From a virus: DNA of 64,000 bases. The notes beneath the pieces are model-generated. The model was not told the DNA's origin. It was given only the letters and a program-made list of their open reading frames with translations, and searched no databases. Of the stretch, positions 9,032-17,545 are shown piece after piece. The stretch's first letter is position 1. The number at the start of each line of letters is the position of its first letter. The stretch lies in IMG/VR virus record IMGVR_UViG_3300046804_003780, one strand, 5' to 3'. A program made the translations under genes and the position numbers.

Positions 9032-9676
9032 ATGTCCCCAACAATAGCATTATTTCTACATCAACCAAAATGTTCGGTCCAAAGCGGGAACGGAATTATT
9101 AAAGCCCTAAGCCCATACTACCGTTTCAAAATATTTACCAAACATGAGCTTGAGGATGATTTTTTTGATGATGTGGATATAGTAGCAATTCCGGGAGGTA
9201 TAGGGGATAGCGATACATTTAGATACTTAATGCGAACTAACGGACAAAGAATTCGTAACTTTGTAGCATCAGGTGGTAAGTATTTGGGAATATGCATGGG
9301 TGCATATTGGGCAGATACGGATTATTTAGGTTTACTTAATAGCGTAAGAGTAGTACAATATATAAAACGGCCAAATACAGACACTAAACGACCACATGCT
9401 AAGAACATCTATGTAAACTGGTTAGGTCAAGAAATGGGTATGTATTTTTATGATGGTTGTTCTTACGAAGGTGATAGTAGCAAATTTGAAACTATTGCCG
9501 TATATAAAAACAACGACCCAATGGCGATTATACAGGATAATGTAGGATTAATTGGTTGTCATCCAGAAAGTGAGAAGCACTGGTATGATAGTTACACTTG
9601 GATGCGCAAACATTATCATGGTGATACACATGGGCAACTATTGTTAAATTTTGTAAACTACTTATATAGGAAATAA
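9032..9676 (+). CDS. class I glutamine amidotransferase-like protein (BPL_N-like)
   Basis: IPGG, GGKYLGICMGAY (nucleophile Cys) and CHPE (His-x-Glu) triad motifs. Confidence 0.8.
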   Translation: MSPTIALFLHQPKCSVQSGNGIIKALSPYYRFKIFTKHELEDDFFDDVDIVAIPGGIGDSDTFRYLMRTNGQRIRNFVASGGKYLGICMGAYWADTDYLGLLNSVRVVQYIKRPNTDTKRPHAKNIYVNWLGQEMGMYFYDGCSYEGDSSKFETIAVYKNNDPMAIIQDNVGLIGCHPESEKHWYDSYTWMRKHYHGDTHGQLLLNFVNYLYRK

Positions 9677-9677
9677 T

Positions 9678-9863
9678 ATGTGGGCATTATTAGTTGTAAG
9701 CATTTTTGTAAACAGTCCAATAGATACAAAAACTACAGGATCAATGGAATTAAGATTTCAAACAAGAGAAGAATGCATGGAGGCTAAGGGCAGATTTGAT
9801 AATTTGCAAAGTTTTAAAAACAATAGAATTAAGACCTCATGCAGTTACAGATCATACTTATAG
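9678..9863 (+). CDS. small exported protein with two Cys
   Basis: Hydrophobic N-terminus, F.T.EEC...C pattern. Confidence 0.6.
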   Translation: MWALLVVSIFVNSPIDTKTTGSMELRFQTREECMEAKGRFDNLQSFKNNRIKTSCSYRSYL

Positions 9864-9872
9864 GATATCAAA

Positions 9873-10124
9873 ATGGAAGATATTATCATTGATATGAACT
9901 CAACTTTAGATTATAAAACTGTAAAAACTATAATAACGAAATATATTGAAGAACAAACTGGTAAAACTATTTGTGAAATTGTTCCGATAATAGACAAAGA
10001 AAATTTATCAGGATTTAAAATAATTTATCAAAGCGAACATTCTAGTTATTATGTCGGTAGTAATGACAAAGTTAACAGACCTCATTTAGTAGATAAAACT
10101 TTTAAACCAATGGCTTTTTATTAG
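9873..10124 (+). CDS. hypothetical protein
   Basis: AGGA SD plus ATG; operon-like spacing. Confidence 0.6.
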   Translation: MEDIIIDMNSTLDYKTVKTIITKYIEEQTGKTICEIVPIIDKENLSGFKIIYQSEHSSYYVGSNDKVNRPHLVDKTFKPMAFY

Positions 10125-10133
10125 GAGATAATT

Positions 10134-10352
10134 ATGAAAGACATAGCTTTCCGTGTTTTTACTTATAGTTTGTTTTTTGGTTATTTACTGTTACTTGGTA
10201 CAGTACTGTCTGGATGTAGTAACCAATATGATAATTGCATTGAAAAAGAAAAAGAAGCCTATAGGCAAAAAAATCCAAAAGCAAGCTATGGACAGGTCGC
10301 TGCTAAACAACAAGAATTTGAAATGATGTGTTCAAGCTTTAAAGGGAAATAA
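10134..10352 (+). CDS. putative lipoprotein
   Basis: AGGAG SD; hydrophobic stretch ending in lipobox LSGC. Confidence 0.65.
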   Translation: MKDIAFRVFTYSLFFGYLLLLGTVLSGCSNQYDNCIEKEKEAYRQKNPKASYGQVAAKQQEFEMMCSSFKGK

Positions 10353-10353
10353 T

Positions 10354-11211
10354 TTAACCTAACAAATTTTCTAGCAATTGTTTGTTATTTTGTAATTCAA
10401 TGGCAAGGTTAATAAAACCACTTTTAATTTTCACATTTGCGAATTGATTGTCTCCCATATATCCAAGTAAATAAGTTGGATATATGTGATCAGATAGTGC
10501 AGCCAAAAATAAATCCATCAAAACTTGTATATTAATTTCGTGCTGTGAAACCTTAGGATCCGTTCTTGGCATATACATTATTGGTAAATTAAAGTCATAA
10601 AACTTATTTAAGGATTCATTAGTAATCAAGTGTTTAAAATTAAGTGTTTTTGCATATTCTTGCACTACGTGATTATCTGTAAATAAAAATAAAGGTATAG
10701 ATAAATTTAAAGAAGCAACATCATTCAATGCTTTTTTATAATCTGTGTTGTAATCTCTATGCCTTATCATAATTGCATGATAGTTTCCCAATTGTTGTTT
10801 TTTAAATTTTATTTTTTCTGAAATTTCTTTATTCAAAACAAAATAGTGTAAAGCGTGTAAAGAGCAATAGCCTCCACCAAAAGACCTGTGTAGTAAAAAC
10901 TTATGCGGTACATTTGATTGAAATGGAGCACAAACAGGATCTAAACAATCATTTGAACGTAACAGAAAATCCTGTGGAAATTCAGGATCAGAATAAAATT
11001 GTTCAATTTGTTGATTTGTTAAATCTAATTTAATATTTTTATACAAATTATTCACAGTAAAATACTTGGATAAATCTGTGTGTAAGTCGGAAAGTGTAGA
11101 ATCGATTATTAAAGTTCTATCATATTTTTCAGCATAAAATATACATTTGCCTATTTGACAAAACATATCATTAATGCCGCCTTTTGGTTGACAAATTAAA
11201 AATTTTTCCAT
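10354..11211 (-). CDS. NodZ/fucosyltransferase-like glycosyltransferase (GT-B type)
   Basis: N-terminal GGINDM, central AIMIRHRD (HxRxxD-like), LFLFTDN, DLFLAA motifs. Confidence 0.6.
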   Translation of the reverse strand: MEKFLICQPKGGINDMFCQIGKCIFYAEKYDRTLIIDSTLSDLHTDLSKYFTVNNLYKNIKLDLTNQQIEQFYSDPEFPQDFLLRSNDCLDPVCAPFQSNVPHKFLLHRSFGGGYCSLHALHYFVLNKEISEKIKFKKQQLGNYHAIMIRHRDYNTDYKKALNDVASLNLSIPLFLFTDNHVVQEYAKTLNFKHLITNESLNKFYDFNLPIMYMPRTDPKVSQHEINIQVLMDLFLAALSDHIYPTYLLGYMGDNQFANVKIKSGFINLAIELQNNKQLLENLLG

Positions 11212-11273
11212 TAATTTAAATTTTCATATTTTTTAATTTGATTAAACAAATACATTACTGATAAATGTAAATT

Positions 11274-11294
11274 AAAAGTGGCCCTAAGGCCACT
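11274..11294 (-). terminator. intrinsic terminator closing the tmRNA transcript
   Basis: Minus strand AGTGGCC-TTAG-GGCCACT followed by a T run. Confidence 0.8.
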
Positions 11295-11615
11295 AAACTA
11301 TTTTTGGTTACAAGGCATAGTTGCCCCGAAGATCATGCTGCTAGAGCAAAAACCTCATCGTTAGCTGCGTTTGCAGTTATAGTTTTGCTTGATTGACAGT
11401 CATCGCCTACTGTGTTGTCCATATCCTTACTAATTGCCCTGTCGAAACCAAATTCAGGCCCATCATAAGAGGATTATAGCAAATGCAATCACTATGGCTG
11501 CTAAACTATAAACAATTGTTTCGCCTACTTGATACATTCTAATCTCCTTATGGTGGACCTGCCCGGGGTCGAACCGGGGTCCAGAACACCTTTCATTCAA
11601 CTTCATACAACAATT
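11295..11615 (-). ncRNA. ssrA: circularly permuted (two-piece) tmRNA
   Basis: The acceptor piece (T-arm CCCGG-UUCGACC-CCGGG, then CAGGUCC-A-CCA ending at 11551) lies upstream of the coding piece starting GGGCCUGAAUUUGGUUUCGAC at 11461. GGGCCUG/CAGGUCC gives a 7-bp acceptor stem with G3.U70. P2 pairings are 11435-41/11582-88 and 11414-18/11607-11. Tag ORF 11374-11333 reads ANAANDEVFALAA*. Outer ends are approximate. Confidence 0.93.
11463..11537 (-). CDS. 24-aa hydrophobic peptide MYQVGETIVYSLAAIVIAFAIILL within the tmRNA intervening segment
   Basis: AAGGAG at 11549-11544, 6 nt before the ATG; ORF fills the 89-nt spacer; single TM-like helix. Confidence 0.6.
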   Translation of the reverse strand: MYQVGETIVYSLAAIVIAFAIILL

Positions 11616-11742
11616 CTTTAAGCTGTTGACAATATACTTGACATTGCCCACACCTATGATCCAGCTCAAAAATACGCTGAATTAATTCCTCTTTTGTCTT
11701 AAAATCTGATTCTTTAATATTTCTACAAACACAAATAATCAT
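11593..11742 (-). CDS. Bfd-like [2Fe-2S] ferredoxin (49 aa), not in the ORF track
   Basis: MIICVCRNIKESD...HRCGQC has the CxC...CGxC pattern of bacterioferritin-associated ferredoxins; starts 1 nt after the upstream stop. Confidence 0.65.
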   Translation of the reverse strand: MIICVCRNIKESDFKTKEELIQRIFELDHRCGQCQVYCQQLKELLYEVE

Positions 11743-11743
11743 A

Positions 11744-11881
11744 TTAGTCAAAAAGATTTTCATTAGTATCTTTAGGCTTTATCCACTCATGATACACAAG
11801 TAGCATTGCTATTGAGATGCAACCCATAAGCATAACGCCCAAAAGAAACCCGATGATAAAATATAATTGCTCAGTTCCCAT
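11744..11881 (-). CDS. small single-TM membrane protein (45 aa), not in the ORF track
   Basis: MGTEQLYFIIGFLLGVMLMGCISIAMLLVYHEW...; downstream of TAAATA at 11908-11903. Confidence 0.55.
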   Translation of the reverse strand: MGTEQLYFIIGFLLGVMLMGCISIAMLLVYHEWIKPKDTNENLFD

Positions 11882-11923
11882 TTTTTTATTATTCTAATCT
11901 AATATTTAGACTAAAACAATCAT

Positions 11924-14122
11924 TTAGGGTCTTATACTATTAAATTTTGTCTGTAACCATTCCCAATCATAAGTAAATTTAAGTTTATCAAAGTCACCAT
12001 TTACAGATTCATAATATTCGACTGCATGTTTGGCTCCTTTAATAGCATACTCTGCAAAGTCACCATAAGCAGTATTTAGCCAAATAGTTAATCTATCTTT
12101 GCTTATTTTGTCGTTTAGTGTTTCCACATTGTATTTTAACTTAATAACTTCTCTAAAAGCAGTTCTCCAAGTATCCCACTCACTAGTATTAAATACCCCA
12201 ATACCTGAATTTATGTCGATCACAGCATGGGGACTATCTAATGTAAAGTCCAGTCCTTTACCTGTAGTGTTTAAAGTTAATCTTTTATTATTTGCAACTA
12301 TTGCCATATGTCCGTATTCCAATCCATTTACAGGATTAGTGGCCCGAAATATGTAATGTCGTGCTGTACACATACGATCAGGTTGCCAGCTAAAATCAAA
12401 ATTAGGATTTACTCTGCATTTTCCGTTTATTAGAAAATACCACGGTGTTGATGCCATTTTTGCTGCTTCATGTTGACTAGCAACACGACCTTTAATATCT
12501 TTAAGTCCAATTATATTATTAGGTAAACCTTTAGCTAATGTTAAGAGATGTTCATAATTTTCTTCTGCCCCCTTTTCACCGTTACTCAAAAAAATTATGT
12601 CTAGCGGTTTGTTTTTATATCCTGCTGTGTGATATTTTATGTAAGGATAATCTTGTAATTTGTCATAAAGATAAGGTATAGCTTCTTTGGGCACAATTGC
12701 ATGAGTATTATCAATAATATGAATATTCGAATTAGAGTCTAGCTTAGGCATAAATTCTACATGATTTAATTCTCCTAATCCTAATTGAATGTAATCTGTT
12801 TCTGTTTTTGAATTTACAAGGGCATCAAATAAGCTATCCTCAACAGGAACTTCATCAAGCATCAATTTAACAATATCTACATCCATAAATTTATAATTGG
12901 TTGCACCTTTTACTTTATAGTGTACTGTAGGCATATCTTTGCTAGAAGACCATTGATTTCCAAATACGTAAATGTATGGTGGGTCGAAAGGATTAGGAAC
13001 CCAACTATAATCAATAATTAATTTTGGTTTTAAAAGTCGCCATGCTCTGTTTTCTTTATCAGGTAATAATTTTGCCTTAATGTTATTAATATATTTTTTT
13101 TCTGTTGCTCCTTTTACTTTGTAAATTAGAGTGGGCATTACCTCAGCATCATACCACTGATTACCAAATACATAGATATAGGGAGGTTCTGTTTCATCAG
13201 GATGCCAGCTATAGTCAAACTCAATATTATTTTTTAAAGGTCTAAAACATCTATTTTGCGGGTCCTGTAGTCTAGTAACTTTTTGAAAATTAACAAACTT
13301 TGTTCCTAACGGATTACCTTTTACAAACTTCGGTCCTCCTGTCTTTTGCCATTGAGTACCAAATTCATACTCCATTGGTGGTTCATGTGGATTAGGGCAC
13401 CAACTATAATCAAAATTACTATCATCAATATTTTTTGGAATAATCCAGTTTTCTTTGGATGGTAGTAATGTTGCTTTTATAATATTCACATATTTTTTTT
13501 CTGTTGCCCCTTTTACTCTATATTGAAATGTAGGCATTACCTCAGCATCATACCACTGATTACCAAACACGTGAATATACGGAGGGTCATATGGATTAGG
13601 TCTCCAACTTTTATCAATATTATCAATAGAAGCATTGAATATTAATTGTTTCCAACATTTATCATCTAGATTAGGTAACAGTGTTGCTTTATAATTATTT
13701 ACATATTTTTTTTCTGTGGCTCCTTTGACCCTATATTGAAATGTAGGCATTTCTTCAGCACCATACCATTGATTACCAAATATGTAAATGTAGGGAGGTT
13801 CTGTTTCATCCGGATGCCAACTGAAATCTATAGATGCGTCGGGCACTAAAGGTCTCCAACCTCTATCATTTTCATTTGATAATTTTATTGCGTTTTGAAA
13901 ACTATGATATTTTATTCCTTCATTTTCAGGTACTATAAAACGAGGTCCTCCCGTTTTTTGCCATTGTGTACCAAACTGATGAATATATGGTCTTTCGTAA
14001 ACGAATGGACGCCACGTAAAATCGAACGTACTTGTATCTAAATTATCAGGTATTTCCCAATAACCTAATTCATTAAGCTGTTTTCTTCTTTCTAAATCAT
14101 TTAAGTCAGTAATTTGTAACAT
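11924..14122 (-). CDS. repeat-containing protein with C-terminal glycosyltransferase-like domain
   Basis: Six W.P...(E/D)PPY(I/E)..FG(N/T)QW-type repeats. The C-terminal domain (DIIFLSNGE..A..N, NPVNGLEYG, WRTAFRE) is paralogous to 15540..16481. Confidence 0.7.
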   Translation of the reverse strand: MLQITDLNDLERRKQLNELGYWEIPDNLDTSTFDFTWRPFVYERPYIHQFGTQWQKTGGPRFIVPENEGIKYHSFQNAIKLSNENDRGWRPLVPDASIDFSWHPDETEPPYIYIFGNQWYGAEEMPTFQYRVKGATEKKYVNNYKATLLPNLDDKCWKQLIFNASIDNIDKSWRPNPYDPPYIHVFGNQWYDAEVMPTFQYRVKGATEKKYVNIIKATLLPSKENWIIPKNIDDSNFDYSWCPNPHEPPMEYEFGTQWQKTGGPKFVKGNPLGTKFVNFQKVTRLQDPQNRCFRPLKNNIEFDYSWHPDETEPPYIYVFGNQWYDAEVMPTLIYKVKGATEKKYINNIKAKLLPDKENRAWRLLKPKLIIDYSWVPNPFDPPYIYVFGNQWSSSKDMPTVHYKVKGATNYKFMDVDIVKLMLDEVPVEDSLFDALVNSKTETDYIQLGLGELNHVEFMPKLDSNSNIHIIDNTHAIVPKEAIPYLYDKLQDYPYIKYHTAGYKNKPLDIIFLSNGEKGAEENYEHLLTLAKGLPNNIIGLKDIKGRVASQHEAAKMASTPWYFLINGKCRVNPNFDFSWQPDRMCTARHYIFRATNPVNGLEYGHMAIVANNKRLTLNTTGKGLDFTLDSPHAVIDINSGIGVFNTSEWDTWRTAFREVIKLKYNVETLNDKISKDRLTIWLNTAYGDFAEYAIKGAKHAVEYYESVNGDFDKLKFTYDWEWLQTKFNSIRP

Positions 14123-15538
14123 TTACTTTATATTTTTCCAGTCATTATATAATTCAATAAATTCGGGAAATATTTGTAAAAAATTAGTTCCGCGTCTTTT
14201 ATCATGCTCATCTACAAACTTTATAAAGTCCTGTCTATTGATGCTTAAATTAGGATTTGGATTGTCAAGCTCGTGATTTACGATTGTTAAGACTCTTTTT
14301 AATTTATCAATTTCATGGTCATAGAATCCCATATAGGCCTGAGAAGGAATTCGTAAACCTATCTCTTTGTGGTCTTCCATAAACTTTACCTGTTCTTCAA
14401 TAAAATGTACATAATTTTTTGGTATTATAAATGCTGGTTGATGAGCAGGGAATCTTAAATAGGGTATATCAATAGAAAGTACCATTTTACGATTAGCAAC
14501 TGATATTTCTCTATACTTTTGTCTTATATCTAACACATCTTGTAAAAATGTTTTGAATGATGGTACACTTAAAATATTGTAGGTGCTAGTTACTGATAAA
14601 ACTACATTGGGTACTTCAGTAATAAGCCTTTCAATATTTTTAATCCAATCATTGTAATTTAAACCAAAGCGTGTATATTCTGCTTGTTTACCATGTGCCT
14701 CTGCACTTGTAAAAATACGCAGTTTCGATACACATTTATTTTCATCTATTATCTTTAATTTTTCAATAAGTTTATCAAACAATTCTTTTGGAGGATTTAA
14801 ATTAGAGTTAATACTGAAACATAATTTAGGATTAGGATTTTCAATGATATAATCTAAAACTTTAAATGTATCTTTACTTAATATAGGTTCTCCGCCTGTT
14901 ATTCTAAACTCTAAAAGTTCTTTATACATCTTAGGCCACCAGTCCCAAAACGCATCCATGTATGGATTATGCTGATTGTTTGGTATTGGTATTTGATTCT
15001 TTGTTTTAATCCATTCTAAACTGTTAAAATTTGAAGTAGTTGGATAAGGACCATGTCTTTCAATTTCTTCCATCCATTGACTACTTATGTGAGGCATACA
15101 ATAACTACACTTAAAATTACATACACTACTAAAACTCACCTCAACATAACTTGGATTAACATCATCGTCCCAAGGTTTGTCACTAATATCTTTAATAAAA
15201 GGATAACCCCACATAGGATCTGCGCTTTTATAAATTCTGTCACTATATTGGTTTCCTGCATCCTCTGCTCTCCAACAATAATCACATTCAGTTGGTCTTA
15301 TTCCAACTAACATTTGTTTTCTTAATTCTTTTTTGAATTTAGTATTGTGTAGGGCTGAAGGATTTACTGCAATTTCTTCTAATGGAACTAGGTGAGTTCC
15401 TGGGTGATGACAACTATGAGTGTGTCCATTATGTAAATGCATCGTAACTTGTTTCCACTTAGCAACACAAAAACTAGGACTCACTGCGTTAATTTCCTCA
15501 GCAGCCTTTGCTAAATGTTTTTGATAATTATCATTCAT
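14123..15538 (-). CDS. radical SAM protein with an additional Cys/His-rich N-terminal domain
   Basis: CNFKCSYC (CxxxCxxC), ITGGEP; N-terminal C..KW...HSCHH and CDYC. Confidence 0.88.
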   Translation of the reverse strand: MNDNYQKHLAKAAEEINAVSPSFCVAKWKQVTMHLHNGHTHSCHHPGTHLVPLEEIAVNPSALHNTKFKKELRKQMLVGIRPTECDYCWRAEDAGNQYSDRIYKSADPMWGYPFIKDISDKPWDDDVNPSYVEVSFSSVCNFKCSYCMPHISSQWMEEIERHGPYPTTSNFNSLEWIKTKNQIPIPNNQHNPYMDAFWDWWPKMYKELLEFRITGGEPILSKDTFKVLDYIIENPNPKLCFSINSNLNPPKELFDKLIEKLKIIDENKCVSKLRIFTSAEAHGKQAEYTRFGLNYNDWIKNIERLITEVPNVVLSVTSTYNILSVPSFKTFLQDVLDIRQKYREISVANRKMVLSIDIPYLRFPAHQPAFIIPKNYVHFIEEQVKFMEDHKEIGLRIPSQAYMGFYDHEIDKLKRVLTIVNHELDNPNPNLSINRQDFIKFVDEHDKRRGTNFLQIFPEFIELYNDWKNIK

Positions 15539-15539
15539 T

Positions 15540-16481
15540 CTACCAACCTTCTAATTTTCTTATTACGTCCATTTCTTTAACCAATGGCCCTAAATTATGT
15601 CTACTTGTGTTGTAGTGTCGTTTAAAAAATTTACTTTGTTCAGGTATGAACACAGATATTGGCAAACCAAGTTTACGTGTTAAACTTTCTGACATTTCAT
15701 TTAAGAATTTATCATTATATTTGTTGGCCATAAAATCCTCGTATATTTCAGGATAATTGTCAAACCAATGCACATTATTATGATCCCAATTAGTGAGCAT
15801 AGTCATGTAAGTGCCATACCGCGACCCGTATATAGCATATTCACCATTTTCAACATCTGTGCCTATATTATGCCATATTGTAAGATTGTCTAAATTTCTT
15901 GTGGCTACACTTTGTTTAAATTTGTCTATACTAGGTTTAATCCCGTTTACCAAACACATTTTTACACCTTCTCGAAATCCAGCACGCCAAGCTTGAAAAG
16001 GTGTATAGTTAGGATATGTTGTACTATAACAGTCATGCATACTCCAATAAGAGCCATTTAAATAATCTAAGCAAAAATCTACTGTTGATATTGCATTTCC
16101 ATCACTTGCTTCATGAGTACGCATGTTAAAAACATAATCTTTTGTCCAACAACTTATACCACCATTACCGTATGTTAATCCATTGATTATATTTTTTGCT
16201 TTCCATCTATATTGTGCTTTTTGGTAACTCTCATCTTTATCAGTAAAATTAAGTGTAAGATTAAAAAAATTAAAGTCAGGTAGATTGTCACCATCTATCA
16301 ATATAAAACGTTCAGTAAAACTTTCTTCTGCTGCAGCTTTATGAGCAGCATCACTTCCTTTAACTCCGTCAACTCTACGTGCCCAAGGCACCATATTTTT
16401 AATTTTAACCCAAAATTCTTCTTTTTGCGGTTCATCATAACTAAGATAAATGCAGTCTAAATCTGCAATTTCAACGTTCAT
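15540..16481 (-). CDS. GT-A-fold glycosyltransferase-like protein
   Basis: LSYDEP, GVKGSDAAH, FILIDGD (DxD), YGNGG, AWRAGFREGVKM. Confidence 0.65.
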   Translation of the reverse strand: MNVEIADLDCIYLSYDEPQKEEFWVKIKNMVPWARRVDGVKGSDAAHKAAAEESFTERFILIDGDNLPDFNFFNLTLNFTDKDESYQKAQYRWKAKNIINGLTYGNGGISCWTKDYVFNMRTHEASDGNAISTVDFCLDYLNGSYWSMHDCYSTTYPNYTPFQAWRAGFREGVKMCLVNGIKPSIDKFKQSVATRNLDNLTIWHNIGTDVENGEYAIYGSRYGTYMTMLTNWDHNNVHWFDNYPEIYEDFMANKYNDKFLNEMSESLTRKLGLPISVFIPEQSKFFKRHYNTSRHNLGPLVKEMDVIRKLEGW

Positions 16482-16758
16482 GTATTTTTAAACTCCATTT
16501 TTTTGATTTGCTTCCATCATATACTATACTAATATCACTATTATAGCAACTAATTCCTGTAACAGAAGGCATTAACTTTGCAATTAATTTTTTGTCATAT
16601 AAGGGTACTATTTTTTTATCTACAATTTTAATGTCAAATCTTGATTCAAAATAAGTTTGTGAATCAATGACAATAAAATTACCCTCAGGTTTATCGCAGG
16701 TATAAAATAATACGCTACCAGTTTCACTATAATAAAGTCTAAATTCAGGTAAGTTCAT
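16471..16758 (-). CDS. hypothetical protein
   Basis: Overlaps both neighbours in a tightly packed operon. Confidence 0.65.
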   Translation of the reverse strand: MNLPEFRLYYSETGSVLFYTCDKPEGNFIVIDSQTYFESRFDIKIVDKKIVPLYDKKLIAKLMPSVTGISCYNSDISIVYDGSKSKKWSLKIHER

Positions 16759-17545
16759 TCGATATTTTACACGAAAAGTTTTTAATATGATAATGAAATG
16801 GATATAATTGTGGGTATGTGTTTACTCGTAAACACTTTGGATTTATTTCATAAATTAATTCATTTGTCCAATCGTCGGACATTAACTCGTTTATATATTG
16901 TTTCATATGAATCATACTAAAGGATCTAAAGTTTGGTAATGTCGTGTTTTCTATCCCGTGAATTAAACATGCTATTGCATAAACCCAATCCGTAGTTGCT
17001 TCTTGATTTGGATCGCACTTTAACAAAGGTTTATAAAGTTCCCAATTTTCAAAGCAATGCCTAACCGTTTTAAAAAACTTTTCAGAAAAATTTGATTTGT
17101 TAAAATATGTTATTGCATTGTAGACATTAGGCAAATTATTATTGACTATAAAATTTCTATAAAATAAATTTTCTGATACATTATTTCTAAAATCTCTTAT
17201 AGTTGAACAAACAACCACATCTTTTTGTGTTAGTATTTCCCACCAAAACTCAATATTAGTAGGCATGTACATATCTGCCTCTAGTTTAATAGTGTGATCA
17301 TATGGGCTTGCTTCATATACTTGCCAGTCGTTTATTAGCTTCCAATCTGATTCTTTTGCTAAATCACCGTGTGGCAAAGCAACCGTATAATCAAAATATT
17401 TGCTGTTGTCTACGTCATCAGTAACTAAAGTTACACTAGCATTAGGCATTACATTTTTAATGCTATTAGCTAAGATTTCTGCACAATATATATAATCAAC
17501 ATTTTTAGTATTCTGTGCTATTACTACAAAACCTTTATTCATCAA
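16745..17545 (-). CDS. GT-A-fold glycosyltransferase-like protein
   Basis: GFVVIA..DY, SPYDHTIKLEAD, terminal FHYH; paralogue of 17535..18296. Confidence 0.65.
   Translation of the reverse strand: MMNKGFVVIAQNTKNVDYIYCAEILANSIKNVMPNASVTLVTDDVDNSKYFDYTVALPHGDLAKESDWKLINDWQVYEASPYDHTIKLEADMYMPTNIEFWWEILTQKDVVVCSTIRDFRNNVSENLFYRNFIVNNNLPNVYNAITYFNKSNFSEKFFKTVRHCFENWELYKPLLKCDPNQEATTDWVYAIACLIHGIENTTLPNFRSFSMIHMKQYINELMSDDWTNELIYEINPKCLRVNTYPQLYPFHYHIKNFSCKISNELT

Noticed and set aside
11551-11590. Possible stand-alone tRNA-Ala or attP-like tRNA fragment
   Set aside because: No anticodon arm; the matching acceptor 5' strand and a tag ORF lie downstream, which defines a permuted tmRNA.
11624-11645. 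TTGACA twice on plus; Pho-like ATGTCAA..TTGTCAA on minus
   Set aside because: 12-bp pitch instead of 11, inside the Cys codons of the Bfd-like ORF, and no suitable downstream gene on plus.
11463-11669. Tracked 68-aa ORF spanning the tmRNA acceptor piece
   Set aside because: The N-terminal 44 codons run through the Bfd-like ORF and the T-arm; only the SD-led 24-aa part from 11537 is credible.
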